Origin: an uncultured Myxococcales bacterium
GTDB lineage: Bacteria > Desulfobacterota > Binatia > UBA1149 > SPBQ01
Direction: 5' to 3'
DNA: 64,000 nucleotides
Assembly (NCBI GenBank): GCA_964555245.1
Contig: CAZKRI010000024.1
Span: forward strand, 12,305 to 76,304
The notes beneath the pieces were generated by a model, which saw nothing but the letters and a program-made list of their open reading frames with translations, had not been told where the DNA came from and did no database searches. A program made the translations under genes and the position numbers. Below are positions 1-10,192 of this stretch, one piece after another (position 1 is the stretch's first letter; every line of letters begins with the position of its first letter).

Positions 1-546
1 GGGGATGACGATGCAATCTCGGAATCGCTCAATTTCTGTCGTGAGCAGTTCGGCGTGAGCCCCCCGTTGGCGGTGCCGGCGGCCGGCCGATCGACGCTCA
101 GCCAACACGCGGCTGCGGTCCTCGAACGGCCGCTGCGCGTGTGCGGAATGGTTCGCAATGAGGGCGAGCCGGGCGGTGGTCCGTTCTGGGTGGAATCGCA
201 GCCCCCACAGATCGTCGAGCGAAACCAGGTGGATCCCGACGCAACCGACCAGCAGCGGCTCTTTGCCTCTGCGACCCACTTCAATCCGGTCAACCTGGTT
301 TGTAGCCTTCGAGACCGGCTTGGCCGGCAATACGACCTGCCGCGCTACGTGGATCCGAACACCGCCTTCGTGGTCGAGAAATCCAGCGACGGTCGGCCCC
401 TGCGGGCGTTGGAACGCCCGGGGCTCTGGAACGGGGCGATGGCCGGGTGGAACAGCGTGTTCGTCGAGGTTCCGCCCGAAACGTTCGCGCCCGTCAAGTC
501 CGTCAATGATCTACTGCGACCAGCGCATCAGCCGCTGGGAACCTGA
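1..546 (+). CDS. hypothetical protein, 5'-truncated at window edge
   Basis: Frame 1 is open from nt 1 (GDDDAISESLNFCREQFG...) through the stop at 546, so the gene starts upstream of the window. The C-terminal region looks conserved (GGGPFWVESQPP, PGLWNGAMAGWNSVFVEVP). Family not recognised with certainty. Confidence 0.5.
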   Translation, partial: GDDDAISESLNFCREQFGVSPPLAVPAAGRSTLSQHAAAVLERPLRVCGMVRNEGEPGGGPFWVESQPPQIVERNQVDPDATDQQRLFASATHFNPVNLVCSLRDRLGRQYDLPRYVDPNTAFVVEKSSDGRPLRALERPGLWNGAMAGWNSVFVEVPPETFAPVKSVNDLLRPAHQPLGT

Positions 547-567
547 GCCGTCGCCGCTGCGGCAACC

Positions 568-3402
568 TCAACGCCCGTCCGAGCTCTTGAAGAAGTCCGC
601 GAGCGCTGCGTCGAGGTCGGCGAACTTGACCTTGCGGTGGGTCGCTTCCGGCGGCAGCGCGTCTTGCAGACGCGGGAAATACCGTTTGTCGCTGCGCGAA
701 TCGACGATCACCACCACGCCGCGATCCGTTGGCGTGCGGATGAGCCGGCCGATCATCTGTTTCAGTCGAAGCAGCATGCGCGGGAGCATGTAATCTCCGA
801 AGGCGTTACCGCCTGCTTCTTCGATCAGTTCCCCACGCCGCTGGATCAACGGATCGTTGGGTACATCGAAGGGCAGCTTTTCGATCACCAGGGCCTGGCA
901 AGCATCGCCGGGAATGTCGACGCCCTGCCAGAAAGCACGGGCTCCCAGCAGCACCGCGTGATCGCTTTCGAGGAATGTTCGAACCAGGTCGTGCGGATCG
1001 GTAGTCCCGGTGGAGGGGGCGACGACGGATATGCCGGCGGGTCTCAAGGTCTCGTCGAGCCGGTCGCTGACCGTCGAAAGCCGGTCCCTGCTCGTGAACA
1101 GGCCGAGCGTACGGCCGCCCAAACGCCCCGCTACCCCTGCGATGACGCCGACCGTGCTCTCGACCAGCCTGCTGGCGTCCAGCCGCTCGTCGACGAACAG
1201 CACCAGCAGGTTGCGCCGGTAGTCGAACGGGCTCGCGATGGGCGGTCCCATGCAAAAGCGGCTACCCGCACGTTCCTCGAACTCGAGCGAGCCCAAAGCG
1301 GCGGCATGGTGCTCGCCCACGGCCAGCGTTGCCGAGGTGCCGAAAAACGTTTCCACCTGATCCAGGACTTCGAGCTGGAAGTCCGCTGCGGGCGATACCG
1401 GCGTGGCGACCAGGCGCCAGGAGGTGTTGCTCGGTCGCGCTAGCCCGCGGAAACGCACGACGAGTGCGGTGGCGGGAGCGGGCAGGCTCTCGCGCAAGAC
1501 CGTTGCAGCGTCCAGTAGGGCATCGGCCACGCCGGGCGCTCCGCTGGCGTCGTCGACCGTAGCGGCAGCGATCTCCCGCGAGAGATCGTCGAGTGCATCG
1601 GCCAGTTCCAGTCCCGCGGTGATCAGCTCTTTCCACGCCGGCCCGGGGCCGTCCGAGGGGAGAGGGAGGTCGTCGAAGTAGGTTTGGCTGAAGCCCGCTC
1701 CGGCTTCGGTGCTGCCGGCCAGGCTCCTGGCCGAGCTCCCGATCGATTCGACGAGACCCTTCGCACGCGCCGCGAGGCCTGGGTACCGATCGCTCAGCCG
1801 GCGCGCGAGATCCGCATCCCGTCCTGGTGCGTCGATTCGGTGGAGGATCTCGACGGCGTCGACGACTCGCGCGTACGCGCCGTCCGCGCGTTCGGCCAGC
1901 TCGTGAAGCTCATCGACGATGAGGTGTCGCAGCGGCGGATAGTCGGGCGGCCAGCGCAACAGCAGGTCGTGGTTGACGACTACGATCTCGGCGCCCTCCA
2001 GTCGCCTTCGCGCGTCGCGGAAGACGCACTGGGCCCGAGTCGTTTCGCAGGTCTGGCGGCTGCACTCACCGGCCTCGGCGCTGCTGACCTCGCGGCGGAA
2101 TCGTTCGAGCTCCGGATTCATCTGTAGCAACACTTGGGGCACGCGATCGACTTCGCCGTGGCTCGTGTTGTTCGAGAAGGCCGACACGTAGGCCAGTGCG
2201 AGCGAGTCAGACGGTGCGAACTGGGCCGCGGCATCGTCGAGAAACCCGTCCAGCCGGACGCGGCAGAGGTAGTTAGCCCGGCCCTTCATCGCCGTGAACC
2301 GCAGGTCGGGATAACCCATCAGTCGAGCGGCTGCGGGGATGTCCTTCTCCATGAGCTGGCTCTGGAGCAGCTTGGTCGAAGTCGACACGATGACCTGCTC
2401 ACCCGTTTTGCGCGCGAACGGGATGGCCACCGCGAGATACGCCAGGGTTTTGCCGATTCCCGTCCCGGCTTCGCACGCGTGAACGGTTTTGCCGCCGATC
2501 CCGGAGAAGCACTGGTGAACCCGGCGCACCATCTCGGCTTGTCCGGATCGAAACTCATAGCCGGGAAACAACCGACCAGCGCTCGTCACGTCGGCGAGGC
2601 GCGCATGGATCGCCTCGTAGACGAAGGGCACCGCCCGAAGACTCGGCGGACGTTCACCGCCGGCACGCGCCTCGGGAGCCTGGTCGGGCACGACCGCGGG
2701 CACGTGGGCCAACGCTGGGAGCCAGGGAGAGGAGTTGTGAAAGCTACGCAGGGCGTTGCGCGCATGAACGACGCGAGTGGATCCTTGTAGCGCACCGCCG
2801 ACCATGTCTGCGACCACGCGCAGTGTGTCGAGCGCGTCATCGAGCGCTCGATGACGTTCCTTGCGCGCCAGCAGCGTGCGGCAGAACGTGTCGAGCTTCA
2901 TACTAGGCGAATCCGGGTACACCAGCGCGAGCAGTTCGACGGTGTCGAGAAAAACGTGCTCGGCGAAGCGTGGGCTCACGTAACGGCTGAGCCACGCCTG
3001 CTCGAAGCGAGCGTTGTGGGCGACGACTGGCACGTTGCCGATGAACGCGTCCAGTGCTGGCGCGACCTCTGCGAGTGAAGGAGCGTTTCTGACGTCGTCT
3101 TGACCGATGCCGGTGAGCCGGCGGATGAACGGGGTCAGCAGGAGTTGCGTCTGGACGAACGTATTGAAGATCTCGACGTCGTCGGCATCGGCGCGCACCA
3201 AGGCCGCGCCAGCCTCGATTAACGCGTCCTTCGTTGGCTCCAGGCCGGTTGCCTCGAAGTCGAGGAAACACAACGGTCCCGCCTGCACCAGAAGCGCGAG
3301 CGCGTCCGGGTTGACGCCGAGCTCCTGGGCCTGCGCCACCGAGAGGAAGCGACTCATCCGCCGAAGCGGAAGGTTCTCGTGAAACGCGGCGGAGGCTCTC
3401 AC
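568..3402 (-). CDS. dinG: ATP-dependent helicase, DinG/Rad3 family, with N-terminal DnaQ-like 3'-5' exonuclease domain
   Basis: 944-aa ORF. N-terminus LCFLDFEATGLEPTKDALIEAGA resembles the DEDD exonuclease Exo I motif. Helicase motifs are present: HACEAGTGIGKT (Walker A), IVDELHEL (DEAH-like box), VVSTSTKLLQSQL. The C-terminal motifs (GRLIRT, VVVIVDSR) are typical of DinG. Confidence 0.85.
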   Translation of the reverse strand: MRASAAFHENLPLRRMSRFLSVAQAQELGVNPDALALLVQAGPLCFLDFEATGLEPTKDALIEAGAALVRADADDVEIFNTFVQTQLLLTPFIRRLTGIGQDDVRNAPSLAEVAPALDAFIGNVPVVAHNARFEQAWLSRYVSPRFAEHVFLDTVELLALVYPDSPSMKLDTFCRTLLARKERHRALDDALDTLRVVADMVGGALQGSTRVVHARNALRSFHNSSPWLPALAHVPAVVPDQAPEARAGGERPPSLRAVPFVYEAIHARLADVTSAGRLFPGYEFRSGQAEMVRRVHQCFSGIGGKTVHACEAGTGIGKTLAYLAVAIPFARKTGEQVIVSTSTKLLQSQLMEKDIPAAARLMGYPDLRFTAMKGRANYLCRVRLDGFLDDAAAQFAPSDSLALAYVSAFSNNTSHGEVDRVPQVLLQMNPELERFRREVSSAEAGECSRQTCETTRAQCVFRDARRRLEGAEIVVVNHDLLLRWPPDYPPLRHLIVDELHELAERADGAYARVVDAVEILHRIDAPGRDADLARRLSDRYPGLAARAKGLVESIGSSARSLAGSTEAGAGFSQTYFDDLPLPSDGPGPAWKELITAGLELADALDDLSREIAAATVDDASGAPGVADALLDAATVLRESLPAPATALVVRFRGLARPSNTSWRLVATPVSPAADFQLEVLDQVETFFGTSATLAVGEHHAAALGSLEFEERAGSRFCMGPPIASPFDYRRNLLVLFVDERLDASRLVESTVGVIAGVAGRLGGRTLGLFTSRDRLSTVSDRLDETLRPAGISVVAPSTGTTDPHDLVRTFLESDHAVLLGARAFWQGVDIPGDACQALVIEKLPFDVPNDPLIQRRGELIEEAGGNAFGDYMLPRMLLRLKQMIGRLIRTPTDRGVVVIVDSRSDKRYFPRLQDALPPEATHRKVKFADLDAALADFFKSSDGR

Positions 3403-3682
3403 GGAAGTGACCCCTTGCTATACGAAGCGTGGGGAGGAGGCGAGTGGGTCGTTCAGGCTTGTCCGCGCACCGTCCAAATTGTGTCGGCGGACGATGGGGC
3501 GCCGCACGCGATGCAATCGGGATCTGGCGTTTCCGGTGTGGCGGCCTGCCCGACGTGAATGGCACGTGCCTTGCTCACCGAGCGATGCCCTCTCCCTCGC
3601 TCGTGCGTTTACGCGGGCGGTGGTTCCAGGCGGAAACGAGACGATGCGCGAGTTGCGGACCAACCGGGACCTGGATCTGGCC

Positions 3683-3925
3683 ATGACCTACAGCGCCTAC
3701 CGGGAGATCGAGATGGTCCCGCGTGATCTGCTCGAGCGAGTCAGTCAAGCGATCCTCAAGTTGGCGGAGAATCCGCGGCCGACAGATGCGGTGATGCTCG
3801 ACGACGCAAAAGGCTGCTACTACCTGCCGGTCGACGACTGGTACATTCTGTATCACTTGAGTGAAGGCCAGGACGCGCTGACCGTGCTCGGCGTGCTGCA
3901 CGGCTCGTACCATACCGTCCACTAA
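3683..3925 (+). CDS. type II toxin-antitoxin system RelE/ParE-family toxin-like protein
   Basis: MTYSAYREIEMVPRDLLERVSQAILKLAENPRPTDAVMLDDAKGCYYLPVDDWYILYHLSEGQDALTVLGVLHGS aligns along its length to the RelE/ParE pattern (M-Y-x-x-F-x-x-x-A-x-x-D-L, LxENPR, GxYRxRVGDYRIIY, hydrophobic C-terminal strand). An alternative in-frame ATG at 3644 would add MRELRTNRDLDLA. The track ORF 3407..3925 is the same frame with a non-conserved N-terminal extension. Confidence 0.6.
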   Translation: MTYSAYREIEMVPRDLLERVSQAILKLAENPRPTDAVMLDDAKGCYYLPVDDWYILYHLSEGQDALTVLGVLHGSYHTVH

Positions 3926-3942
3926 CGCGAAAAAACTCGGGG

Positions 3943-4614
3943 TCAATCGGCTCGGGGTGGGTTTCGCCTCGGCTCCGGTTTGCCGGCCGCTCTGAGCGCG
4001 GCCAGCAGACTGGCTGTGGCTGCCGCCGGGTCGGTGCTGCCCATCACCGAGCCGATGACGGCAATTCCACCCGCGCCGCAGCCGCACACCTCGCCGGTGC
4101 GGCTCGGGTCGATTCCGCCCACGGCCAAGACGGGTACCGTTCGCGCGGCTGCCACGGCCAACGCTAGCGCCGCTAGCCCCTGCGGCGGCCCGAAGTCCCG
4201 CTTGGAAACGGTGTCGTAGACCGGCCCGAACTGGAGGTAGTCGAGCGCGACGTCGGCCATGGCTCCGGCGGTCGCCGGCGCGTGAACCGAGCGGCCCAGC
4301 AGCTTTCGCGTGCCGAGCACCGCGCGCGCGTGTTCCACCGACATGCCCGACTCCGGCAAGTGCGCGCCGTCGGCGTCCACCGACACGGCCACGTCGATGC
4401 GGTCGTTGACGATCAGCCAACTGTGCTGCGCGCGAGTGATGCGGCGCAACGCCAGCGCAAGCTCGTGGAACGTCCGCGTGCTCACGCGCCGGTTCCGGAG
4501 CTGAACCACCGGGCAACCAGCCGCGCAGGCGGCCTCGACGACCTCGAGCATGCGAGCAGACGGGATCTCCTCGTCGGTGATCAGCGAGAGGAACGGCCAT
4601 GGGAGCGAACCCAC
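3943..4614 (-). CDS. thiE: thiamine-phosphate synthase
   Basis: 223 aa. TIM-barrel ThiE pattern (VVQLRNRRVSTRTF, LIVNDRIDVAVSVDADGAHL, VLAVGGI). Last gene of a thiS-thiG-thiE operon. Confidence 0.85.
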   Translation of the reverse strand: MGSLPWPFLSLITDEEIPSARMLEVVEAACAAGCPVVQLRNRRVSTRTFHELALALRRITRAQHSWLIVNDRIDVAVSVDADGAHLPESGMSVEHARAVLGTRKLLGRSVHAPATAGAMADVALDYLQFGPVYDTVSKRDFGPPQGLAALALAVAAARTVPVLAVGGIDPSRTGEVCGCGAGGIAVIGSVMGSTDPAAATASLLAALRAAGKPEPRRNPPRAD

Positions 4615-4617
4615 GTG

Positions 4618-5412
4618 TTACGCGATCAAATCGGTCAGCGGTGAGCTGGCGGTGGCGTACAGCCGCTTTCCTATGCGCCCGGCCAGATGAGCGTAGCGTC
4701 CCGCCTCGACGGCGAGCCGCATGGCCCGTGCCATCAGGATCGGATCACGGGCGCCGGCGATCGCCGTGTTCATGAGCACGGCGGTACAGCCCAGTTCCAT
4801 CGCCACGGCGGCATCGGACGCGGTGCCGACGCCGGCGTCCACGATTACGGGGACGCGGGCCTGCTCCAGGATGATACGAATGTTCGTCGGGTTGCGGATG
4901 CCGAGACCTGAACCGATCGGCGCAGCGAGCGGCATGACTGCGGCGCAACCGATCTCTTGCAGACGCAGACACGTGACCGGATCATCGGTCACGTAGGGCA
5001 GGACCTCGAATCCCTCCTTGACCAAAACGCGAGCCGCATCCAAGGTTGCAGCCAGATCCGGCATCAGTGTCCGCTCGTCGCCAATCACCTCGAGCTTGAC
5101 GAGGTTCCCGATGCCTGTCTCGCGTGCGAGTCGCGCGGTTCGGATGGCCTCCTCGCTGGTGTGACACCCGGCGGTGTTCGGCAAGATCGTGAATTTCTGC
5201 GGGCTCAGGTAGTCGAGCAGGTTCTCGCGGCCGGTCTCCGTGATGTTCACTCGGCGAACCGCGACCGTCACGATCTCGGCTCCCGACGCTTCCACCGCAC
5301 GGCGGGTTTGCTCGAAGTCGGCGTACTTCCCGGTCCCCACGATCAGACGGGACAGGAAGCTCTTGCCTGCGAGCTGGTACCGATCCGTGGGGTGAGATCC
5401 GCCGACGCCCAC
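4618..5412 (-). CDS. thiG: thiazole synthase
   Basis: 264 aa. Thiazole-synthase hallmarks: [38 protein letters not shown]. Confidence 0.9.
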   Translation of the reverse strand: MGVGGSHPTDRYQLAGKSFLSRLIVGTGKYADFEQTRRAVEASGAEIVTVAVRRVNITETGRENLLDYLSPQKFTILPNTAGCHTSEEAIRTARLARETGIGNLVKLEVIGDERTLMPDLAATLDAARVLVKEGFEVLPYVTDDPVTCLRLQEIGCAAVMPLAAPIGSGLGIRNPTNIRIILEQARVPVIVDAGVGTASDAAVAMELGCTAVLMNTAIAGARDPILMARAMRLAVEAGRYAHLAGRIGKRLYATASSPLTDLIA

Positions 5413-5418
5413 GAGGCA

Positions 5419-5619
5419 TCATCCTCCGCCGACGAACTGAACGATCTCGACGCGGTCGCCCGAGCGGAGCGCGGTCGATTGCCAGCATTCGCGTTCCACG
5501 AGAGTCCGATTCAGCTCGATCGCGACGCGGCGAGTCCGCAGGCCAAGACGTTCGACCACCTGCGCGATCGTGACGCTGTCGTCGAACTCTGTGTCCTCGC
5601 CGTTTACCTGGACTTTCAC
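5419..5619 (-). CDS. thiS: sulfur carrier protein ThiS
   Basis: 66 aa, MKVQVNGEDTEF...IVQFVGGG. The ubiquitin-like fold ending in GG is diagnostic. Sits immediately upstream of thiG. Confidence 0.85.
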   Translation of the reverse strand: MKVQVNGEDTEFDDSVTIAQVVERLGLRTRRVAIELNRTLVERECWQSTALRSGDRVEIVQFVGGG

Positions 5620-5686
5620 CTTACGAGGGATACCGCCGCACCCGCTTCTTTACAACCTTCCGGAGTCTTGCTATCGCCCGCGAAGC

Positions 5687-6817
5687 TTGTCGAACAGCCA
5701 ACCGATTGCGCGCATCGATCTGTCCGCTTTGACGCGAAACTACGGAGAGGTTCGGCGGCTGACCGGTCCGAGGATCGAGATTTTGGCGATGGTCAAGGCG
5801 GACGCCTACGGCCACGGCGCGGTCGAGGTGGCCAAAGCGCTGGCGGGCGTCGGCTGCGGGACATTTGGCGTCGCCAATCTCGACGAGGCGGCGCAGGTTA
5901 CCGGTGCAGTCTCCGCGCCACGGGTCGTGGTCTTCGGCGGTTTGCTACCGGACGACGGCGGGCTCGCCGCCGATCTCGGTGTCGAGGTCGTTACGCAAGA
6001 GATGGAGACGGTGCGCGTGGTCGGCGCGGCAGCGGTCGCGCGAGGAGTGGCAATCGGGATCCACCTCAAGGTCGATACCGGGATGCACCGCCTCGGCGTG
6101 GCGCCGCAGGACGCGATCGCGTGGCTGGGGGAAGCTCAGGCCGTACGCGGCGTTCGAATGGTCGGTTTGTGTTCGCACTTCGCGATGGCGGAGTCGGTGA
6201 CGACGACGGTCACTGCGGGCCAGATCGAGCGGCTCACTGCGATCGCCGATCAAGCCCGTGCCGCGGGCTGGTCTCTGCAACGCCACATCGCCAACAGTGC
6301 CGCGATCATGACGCTACCTCATGCCTATCTGGACATGGTGAGGCCGGGATTGATGCTGTACGGACTGTATCCGCACGCTCAGCTCCGCGGTCTCGCGGAA
6401 CTACACCCCGTTATGACGCTGGATGCCCCGATCGTGCGTGTGGCTGTGGTTGGCCCGGGAGAAGGGATTGGCTATGGCCATAGCTACCGGGCCGTGAACG
6501 CGATGCGTCTGGCGACGATTCGCTGCGGCTACGCCGACGGCTATCCTCGTTCGCTTTCCAATCGCGGCCAGGTCCTGCTGCGAGGAGTACGCGTGCCGGT
6601 AGTAGGCAGGGTCTGCATGGATCACGTGATGATCGATGTGACAGCAGTAGGCTCCGCGCGTGTGGGCGACCGCGTTCGACTCTGGGGACCGGGGCTCGAC
6701 ACCGCGGACGTGGCCGCGACCGCCGACACGATCAGCTATGAGCTGGTCGCACGAGTCGGCCCACGCGTGCAACGGCGCTATCGAGCGCCCCGGTCATCCG
6801 GCGAGGAAGGGGAGTGA
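5687..6817 (+). CDS. alr: alanine racemase
   Basis: PLP-lysine motif [12 protein letters not shown] is near the N-terminus; the rest of the fold is Alr-like through the C-terminus. The track ORF begins at GTG 5570 but would overlap thiS by 50 nt. An in-frame TTG at 5687 gives a typical-length N-terminus (..[12 protein letters not shown]..). The start remains uncertain. Confidence 0.8.
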   Translation: MSNSQPIARIDLSALTRNYGEVRRLTGPRIEILAMVKADAYGHGAVEVAKALAGVGCGTFGVANLDEAAQVTGAVSAPRVVVFGGLLPDDGGLAADLGVEVVTQEMETVRVVGAAAVARGVAIGIHLKVDTGMHRLGVAPQDAIAWLGEAQAVRGVRMVGLCSHFAMAESVTTTVTAGQIERLTAIADQARAAGWSLQRHIANSAAIMTLPHAYLDMVRPGLMLYGLYPHAQLRGLAELHPVMTLDAPIVRVAVVGPGEGIGYGHSYRAVNAMRLATIRCGYADGYPRSLSNRGQVLLRGVRVPVVGRVCMDHVMIDVTAVGSARVGDRVRLWGPGLDTADVAATADTISYELVARVGPRVQRRYRAPRSSGEEGE

Positions 6818-8376
6818 CCAAACGGATCGAGCGAGCGCTTCTCAGCGTCAGCGACAAGACCGGCATCGTGGCTTTCGCCCGGGGACTATCCGAGCTCGAC
6901 ATCGTGATCCTGTCGACCGGGGGGACCGCGAAGGTTCTGCGTGAGGCCGGTTTGCGGATCGTCGACGTCAGCGCGCACACCGGCTCGCCGGAGATCCTCG
7001 ACGGTCGAGTGAAGACGCTCCATCCGAAGGTTCATGGCGGGATCCTGGCGAGGCGCGAGGATCCGCGGCACCGCGCCGAGGTGGAAGCGCAAGGTATCGC
7101 CTACATCGATCTGGTTTGCGTTAACCTCTATCCGTTCGCCGAGGTTACCGCGCACGGCTGTACATATGCCGAGGCGATTGAGAACATCGACATCGGTGGT
7201 CCCTCCATGGTTCGGTCGGCGGCGAAGAATCACGCCGATGTCACCGTCGTCGTGGATTCGGCGGATTATGAGCGCGTGCTCGGAGCACTACGTGCCAACG
7301 GCGACGTCTCCCAGGAGCTTAGGCGAGAGCTTGCCACGAAGGCGTTTCGCGCTACCGCAGCCTACGATGGAATGATTGCCGACTACCTGGGTAGGGATCC
7401 CGACGGCGGGTTTCCCGCCACGCTGCACCAGCAGTGGCACAAGCTTCAAGACCTGCGCTATGGCGAGAATCCGCATCAGCGCGCCGCGTTCTACCGTGGA
7501 GAAGATGCGACGCTCCCGTCGCTGGTCACGGCGCGTGTTCTGCAGGGGAAAGGCCTCTCGTACAACAACCTCGTGGACGCGGACGCGGCTCTGCAGCTCG
7601 CGATGGAGTTCGCGCAACCGGTCTGTGTCGCGATCAAGCACACCAACCCATGCGGCGTCGCAACCGGCTCGGGCCCGCTTGACGCGTTCGACAAGGCGCG
7701 AGCGTGCGATCCGGTCTCGATTTTCGGCGGGATCGTCGCGTTCAACCGCGAGGTCGATCAGGCAACCGCCGAGGCGATGAGAGAGGTCTTTCTCGAAGTC
7801 ATCCTGGCGCCTTCCTTTTCTTCGGCGGCGCTGGAGATCTGCCGTTCCGCGCCCAAGCTGCGCAACGCACGTCTTCTCGAGCTGGATCCGCGGGCTTGCA
7901 GCGCTGAGCGCGAGTTGGACTTGAAACGCGTGCTCGGTGGGCTTCTGGTACAGACACGGGACTCTGGGCAGGAGGCGGTCGGCCGGAGGCAGGTCGTGAC
8001 TGCTCGCGCGCCGACGGCGGCGGAGCTGGACGCGCTCGAGTTCGCCTGGCGGGCCTGCAAGCACGTCAAGTCGAACGCGATCGTCCTCGCGCGCGGAGAC
8101 CGAGTCGTCGGCGTCGGCGCCGGACAGATGAGCCGCGTTGATGCCGCGCGGATTGCGGTGGCGCGTGCTCGCGAACACGGTCACGAAATCGCCGGCGTCG
8201 CGGTGGCCTCGGATGCTTTTTTCCCGTTCCGTGATGGGCTCGACGTCTGTGCCCAAGCGGGGGCTACCGCGGCGATCCAGCCTGGCGGGAGCGTGCGCGA
8301 CGCAGAGATCATCGCCGCCGCCGACGAACATGGCCTGGCGATGATCATGACGGGGACGCGGCACTTCCGGCACTGA
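6814..8376 (+). CDS. purH: bifunctional AICAR transformylase / IMP cyclohydrolase
   Basis: 520 aa. N-terminal MGS-like domain ([34 protein letters not shown]). AICARFT domain with KHTNPCGVA. Confidence 0.95.
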   Translation: MTKRIERALLSVSDKTGIVAFARGLSELDIVILSTGGTAKVLREAGLRIVDVSAHTGSPEILDGRVKTLHPKVHGGILARREDPRHRAEVEAQGIAYIDLVCVNLYPFAEVTAHGCTYAEAIENIDIGGPSMVRSAAKNHADVTVVVDSADYERVLGALRANGDVSQELRRELATKAFRATAAYDGMIADYLGRDPDGGFPATLHQQWHKLQDLRYGENPHQRAAFYRGEDATLPSLVTARVLQGKGLSYNNLVDADAALQLAMEFAQPVCVAIKHTNPCGVATGSGPLDAFDKARACDPVSIFGGIVAFNREVDQATAEAMREVFLEVILAPSFSSAALEICRSAPKLRNARLLELDPRACSAERELDLKRVLGGLLVQTRDSGQEAVGRRQVVTARAPTAAELDALEFAWRACKHVKSNAIVLARGDRVVGVGAGQMSRVDAARIAVARAREHGHEIAGVAVASDAFFPFRDGLDVCAQAGATAAIQPGGSVRDAEIIAAADEHGLAMIMTGTRHFRH

Positions 8377-8386
8377 GCTTTAGGAG

Positions 8387-9667
8387 ATGAAGGTCTTGGT
8401 TGTCGGTGCAGGTGGGCGCGAACACGCCCTGGCCTGGAAGCTTGCCGCGGAGCCACGCGTCCGTGCGGTGCTGGCCGCGCCGGGTTCGGCGGGGATCGCG
8501 CGAGTTGCCGATTGCTACCCGGTCGCTGCCCAGGACATCGACGGGCTGGCCAGGCTCGTCGTCGAGCACGGCGTCGACTTGACCGTGGTCGGGCCGGAAG
8601 CGCCGCTTGCGGCGGGGCTGGTGGACCGATTTCGCTCGCAGGGTCTGCGAGTGTTCGGGCCCGACGCCGCGGGGGCGCGCCTGGAAGCGTCGAAGGCCTT
8701 TGCCAAACGACTCCTGGCCGAAGCGAGCGTCCCCACGGCGACGTACGGTGAGTTCACCGAGATGGCTCCCGCTCGGGCGTTCGCCCGGAAGCTGGGCTTA
8801 CCGGTCGTCGTCAAGGCGGACGGCCTGGCCGCGGGCAAAGGAGTGGTGATCTGCGAGACGGCGGAGGACATCGATCGCGCGCTCGGTGACATGCTCGAAC
8901 GAGGGCGGTTCGGCGCGGCCGGGAAGCGGGTCGTCGTCGAGGAGTTTCTGCTGGGCGAGGAGGCTTCGATCATGGCTCTGACCGACGGGCGCTGCGTGTT
9001 ACCGCTCGCTCCCGCCCAGGATCACAAGCGCGTGTCCGACGGCGATGCCGGGCCGAACACGGGCGGCATGGGAGCCTATTCGCCAACGCCGGTAATCTCG
9101 GCGGACCTGGCCGCGGAGATTACCCGGACGATCATCCAACCAACGGTCGATGCGCTTCGAGCGCACGGGATCGACTACCGCGGCGTACTCTACGCCGGGA
9201 TCATGATTTGCGACGGGCGCGTGAAAGTTCTCGAATACAACGTCCGCTTCGGCGATCCCGAGTGTCAGCCCTTGATGGTGCGACTCCAGAGCAACCTGAT
9301 CGACCTGCTCGAGGCGTGCGTCGACGGCACGCTCGCGGCCGAGCGCGCGCAGTGGCGGGACGGTGCCGCTGCGTGCGTCGTCATGACGGCGGCGGGCTAC
9401 CCCGGTGACTATGCCAAGGGTGCGGCGATCGCTGGCATCGAGGAAGCGGAGCGCACGGAAGGGGTCACGGTCTTTCACGCGGGGACAGAACGTGACGCCC
9501 AAGGACGCTGGATCACGGCCGGCGGCCGGGTACTCGGCGTCACCGGTGTCGGACGGGACATCCCCGCCGCGGTGGCGCGGGCTTACCAAGGCGTGTCGAA
9601 GATCACCTGGGAAGGCATGCACTATCGCCACGACATCGGCCACCGAGCCGTCACCGGGCGGGCCTGA
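8387..9667 (+). CDS. purD: phosphoribosylamine--glycine ligase
   Basis: 426 aa. [19 protein letters not shown] plus an ATP-grasp fold ([13 protein letters not shown]). Directly downstream of purH. Confidence 0.95.
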   Translation: MKVLVVGAGGREHALAWKLAAEPRVRAVLAAPGSAGIARVADCYPVAAQDIDGLARLVVEHGVDLTVVGPEAPLAAGLVDRFRSQGLRVFGPDAAGARLEASKAFAKRLLAEASVPTATYGEFTEMAPARAFARKLGLPVVVKADGLAAGKGVVICETAEDIDRALGDMLERGRFGAAGKRVVVEEFLLGEEASIMALTDGRCVLPLAPAQDHKRVSDGDAGPNTGGMGAYSPTPVISADLAAEITRTIIQPTVDALRAHGIDYRGVLYAGIMICDGRVKVLEYNVRFGDPECQPLMVRLQSNLIDLLEACVDGTLAAERAQWRDGAAACVVMTAAGYPGDYAKGAAIAGIEEAERTEGVTVFHAGTERDAQGRWITAGGRVLGVTGVGRDIPAAVARAYQGVSKITWEGMHYRHDIGHRAVTGRA

Positions 9668-9682
9668 AACGCGAGCGCGAAC

Positions 9683-10192
9683 ATGACGAATACCGCTAAG
9701 GTCGAACCGTTGGTCGGCATCCTCGTGGGTAGCTCCAGCGACCTGGAAGTGATGTCACGTGCTTCCAAGCGACTGGAGGATCTCGGCGTCCCGCACGAGG
9801 TAGTCGTGACCTCGGCGCACCGCTCCCCGCAGCGCACGGACGAGTATGCCGCCACGGCCAGGCAGCGAGGCATCAAGGTGCTCATCGTTGGTGCTGGCCG
9901 CGCGGCGCATCTCGCCGGTGCCGTCGCCGCGCGAACCACGCTACCCGTCCTCGGCGTCCCATTGGAGTCCGGCTCGCTCGCCGGTTTCGATGCCTTGCTC
10001 TCGACGGTTCAGATGCCGGCCGGTGTCCCGGTCGGGACGCTCGCGATCGGCGCGGCGGGCGCCGAGAACGCCGCAACGCTGGCCGCCCAAATTCTCGCTC
10101 TCGGCGACGCGCGCCTGGCCGAACGCCTGGATCGCGAGAAAGTGAAGATGGCGCAGGATGTTCCCGGCCTCGTGCGCACCGTTCCCGGGTGA
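9683..10192 (+). CDS. purE: 5-(carboxyamino)imidazole ribonucleotide mutase
   Basis: 169 aa. VGILVGSSSDLEVM, SAHRSP, VLIVGAGRAAHLAG are PurE signatures. Confidence 0.9.
   Translation: MTNTAKVEPLVGILVGSSSDLEVMSRASKRLEDLGVPHEVVVTSAHRSPQRTDEYAATARQRGIKVLIVGAGRAAHLAGAVAARTTLPVLGVPLESGSLAGFDALLSTVQMPAGVPVGTLAIGAAGAENAATLAAQILALGDARLAERLDREKVKMAQDVPGLVRTVPG

Noticed and set aside
637-1443. Long ORFs antisense to, or out of frame with, confirmed conserved genes. Examples: 637..1443 +, 3575..4600 -, 4957..6483 +, 7288..8373 -, 28984-region 29171..30418 -, 40633..41973 -, 46728..48419 -, 57416..58897 +.
   Set aside because: High-GC DNA is poor in stop codons, so shadow ORFs are expected. Each of these overlaps a gene with clear family motifs, and their translations are Arg/Pro/Gly-rich low-complexity sequence with no recognisable domains.
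5620-5760. TPP riboswitch upstream of thiS.
   Set aside because: Core THI-box motifs are absent by eye (see finding); not called.
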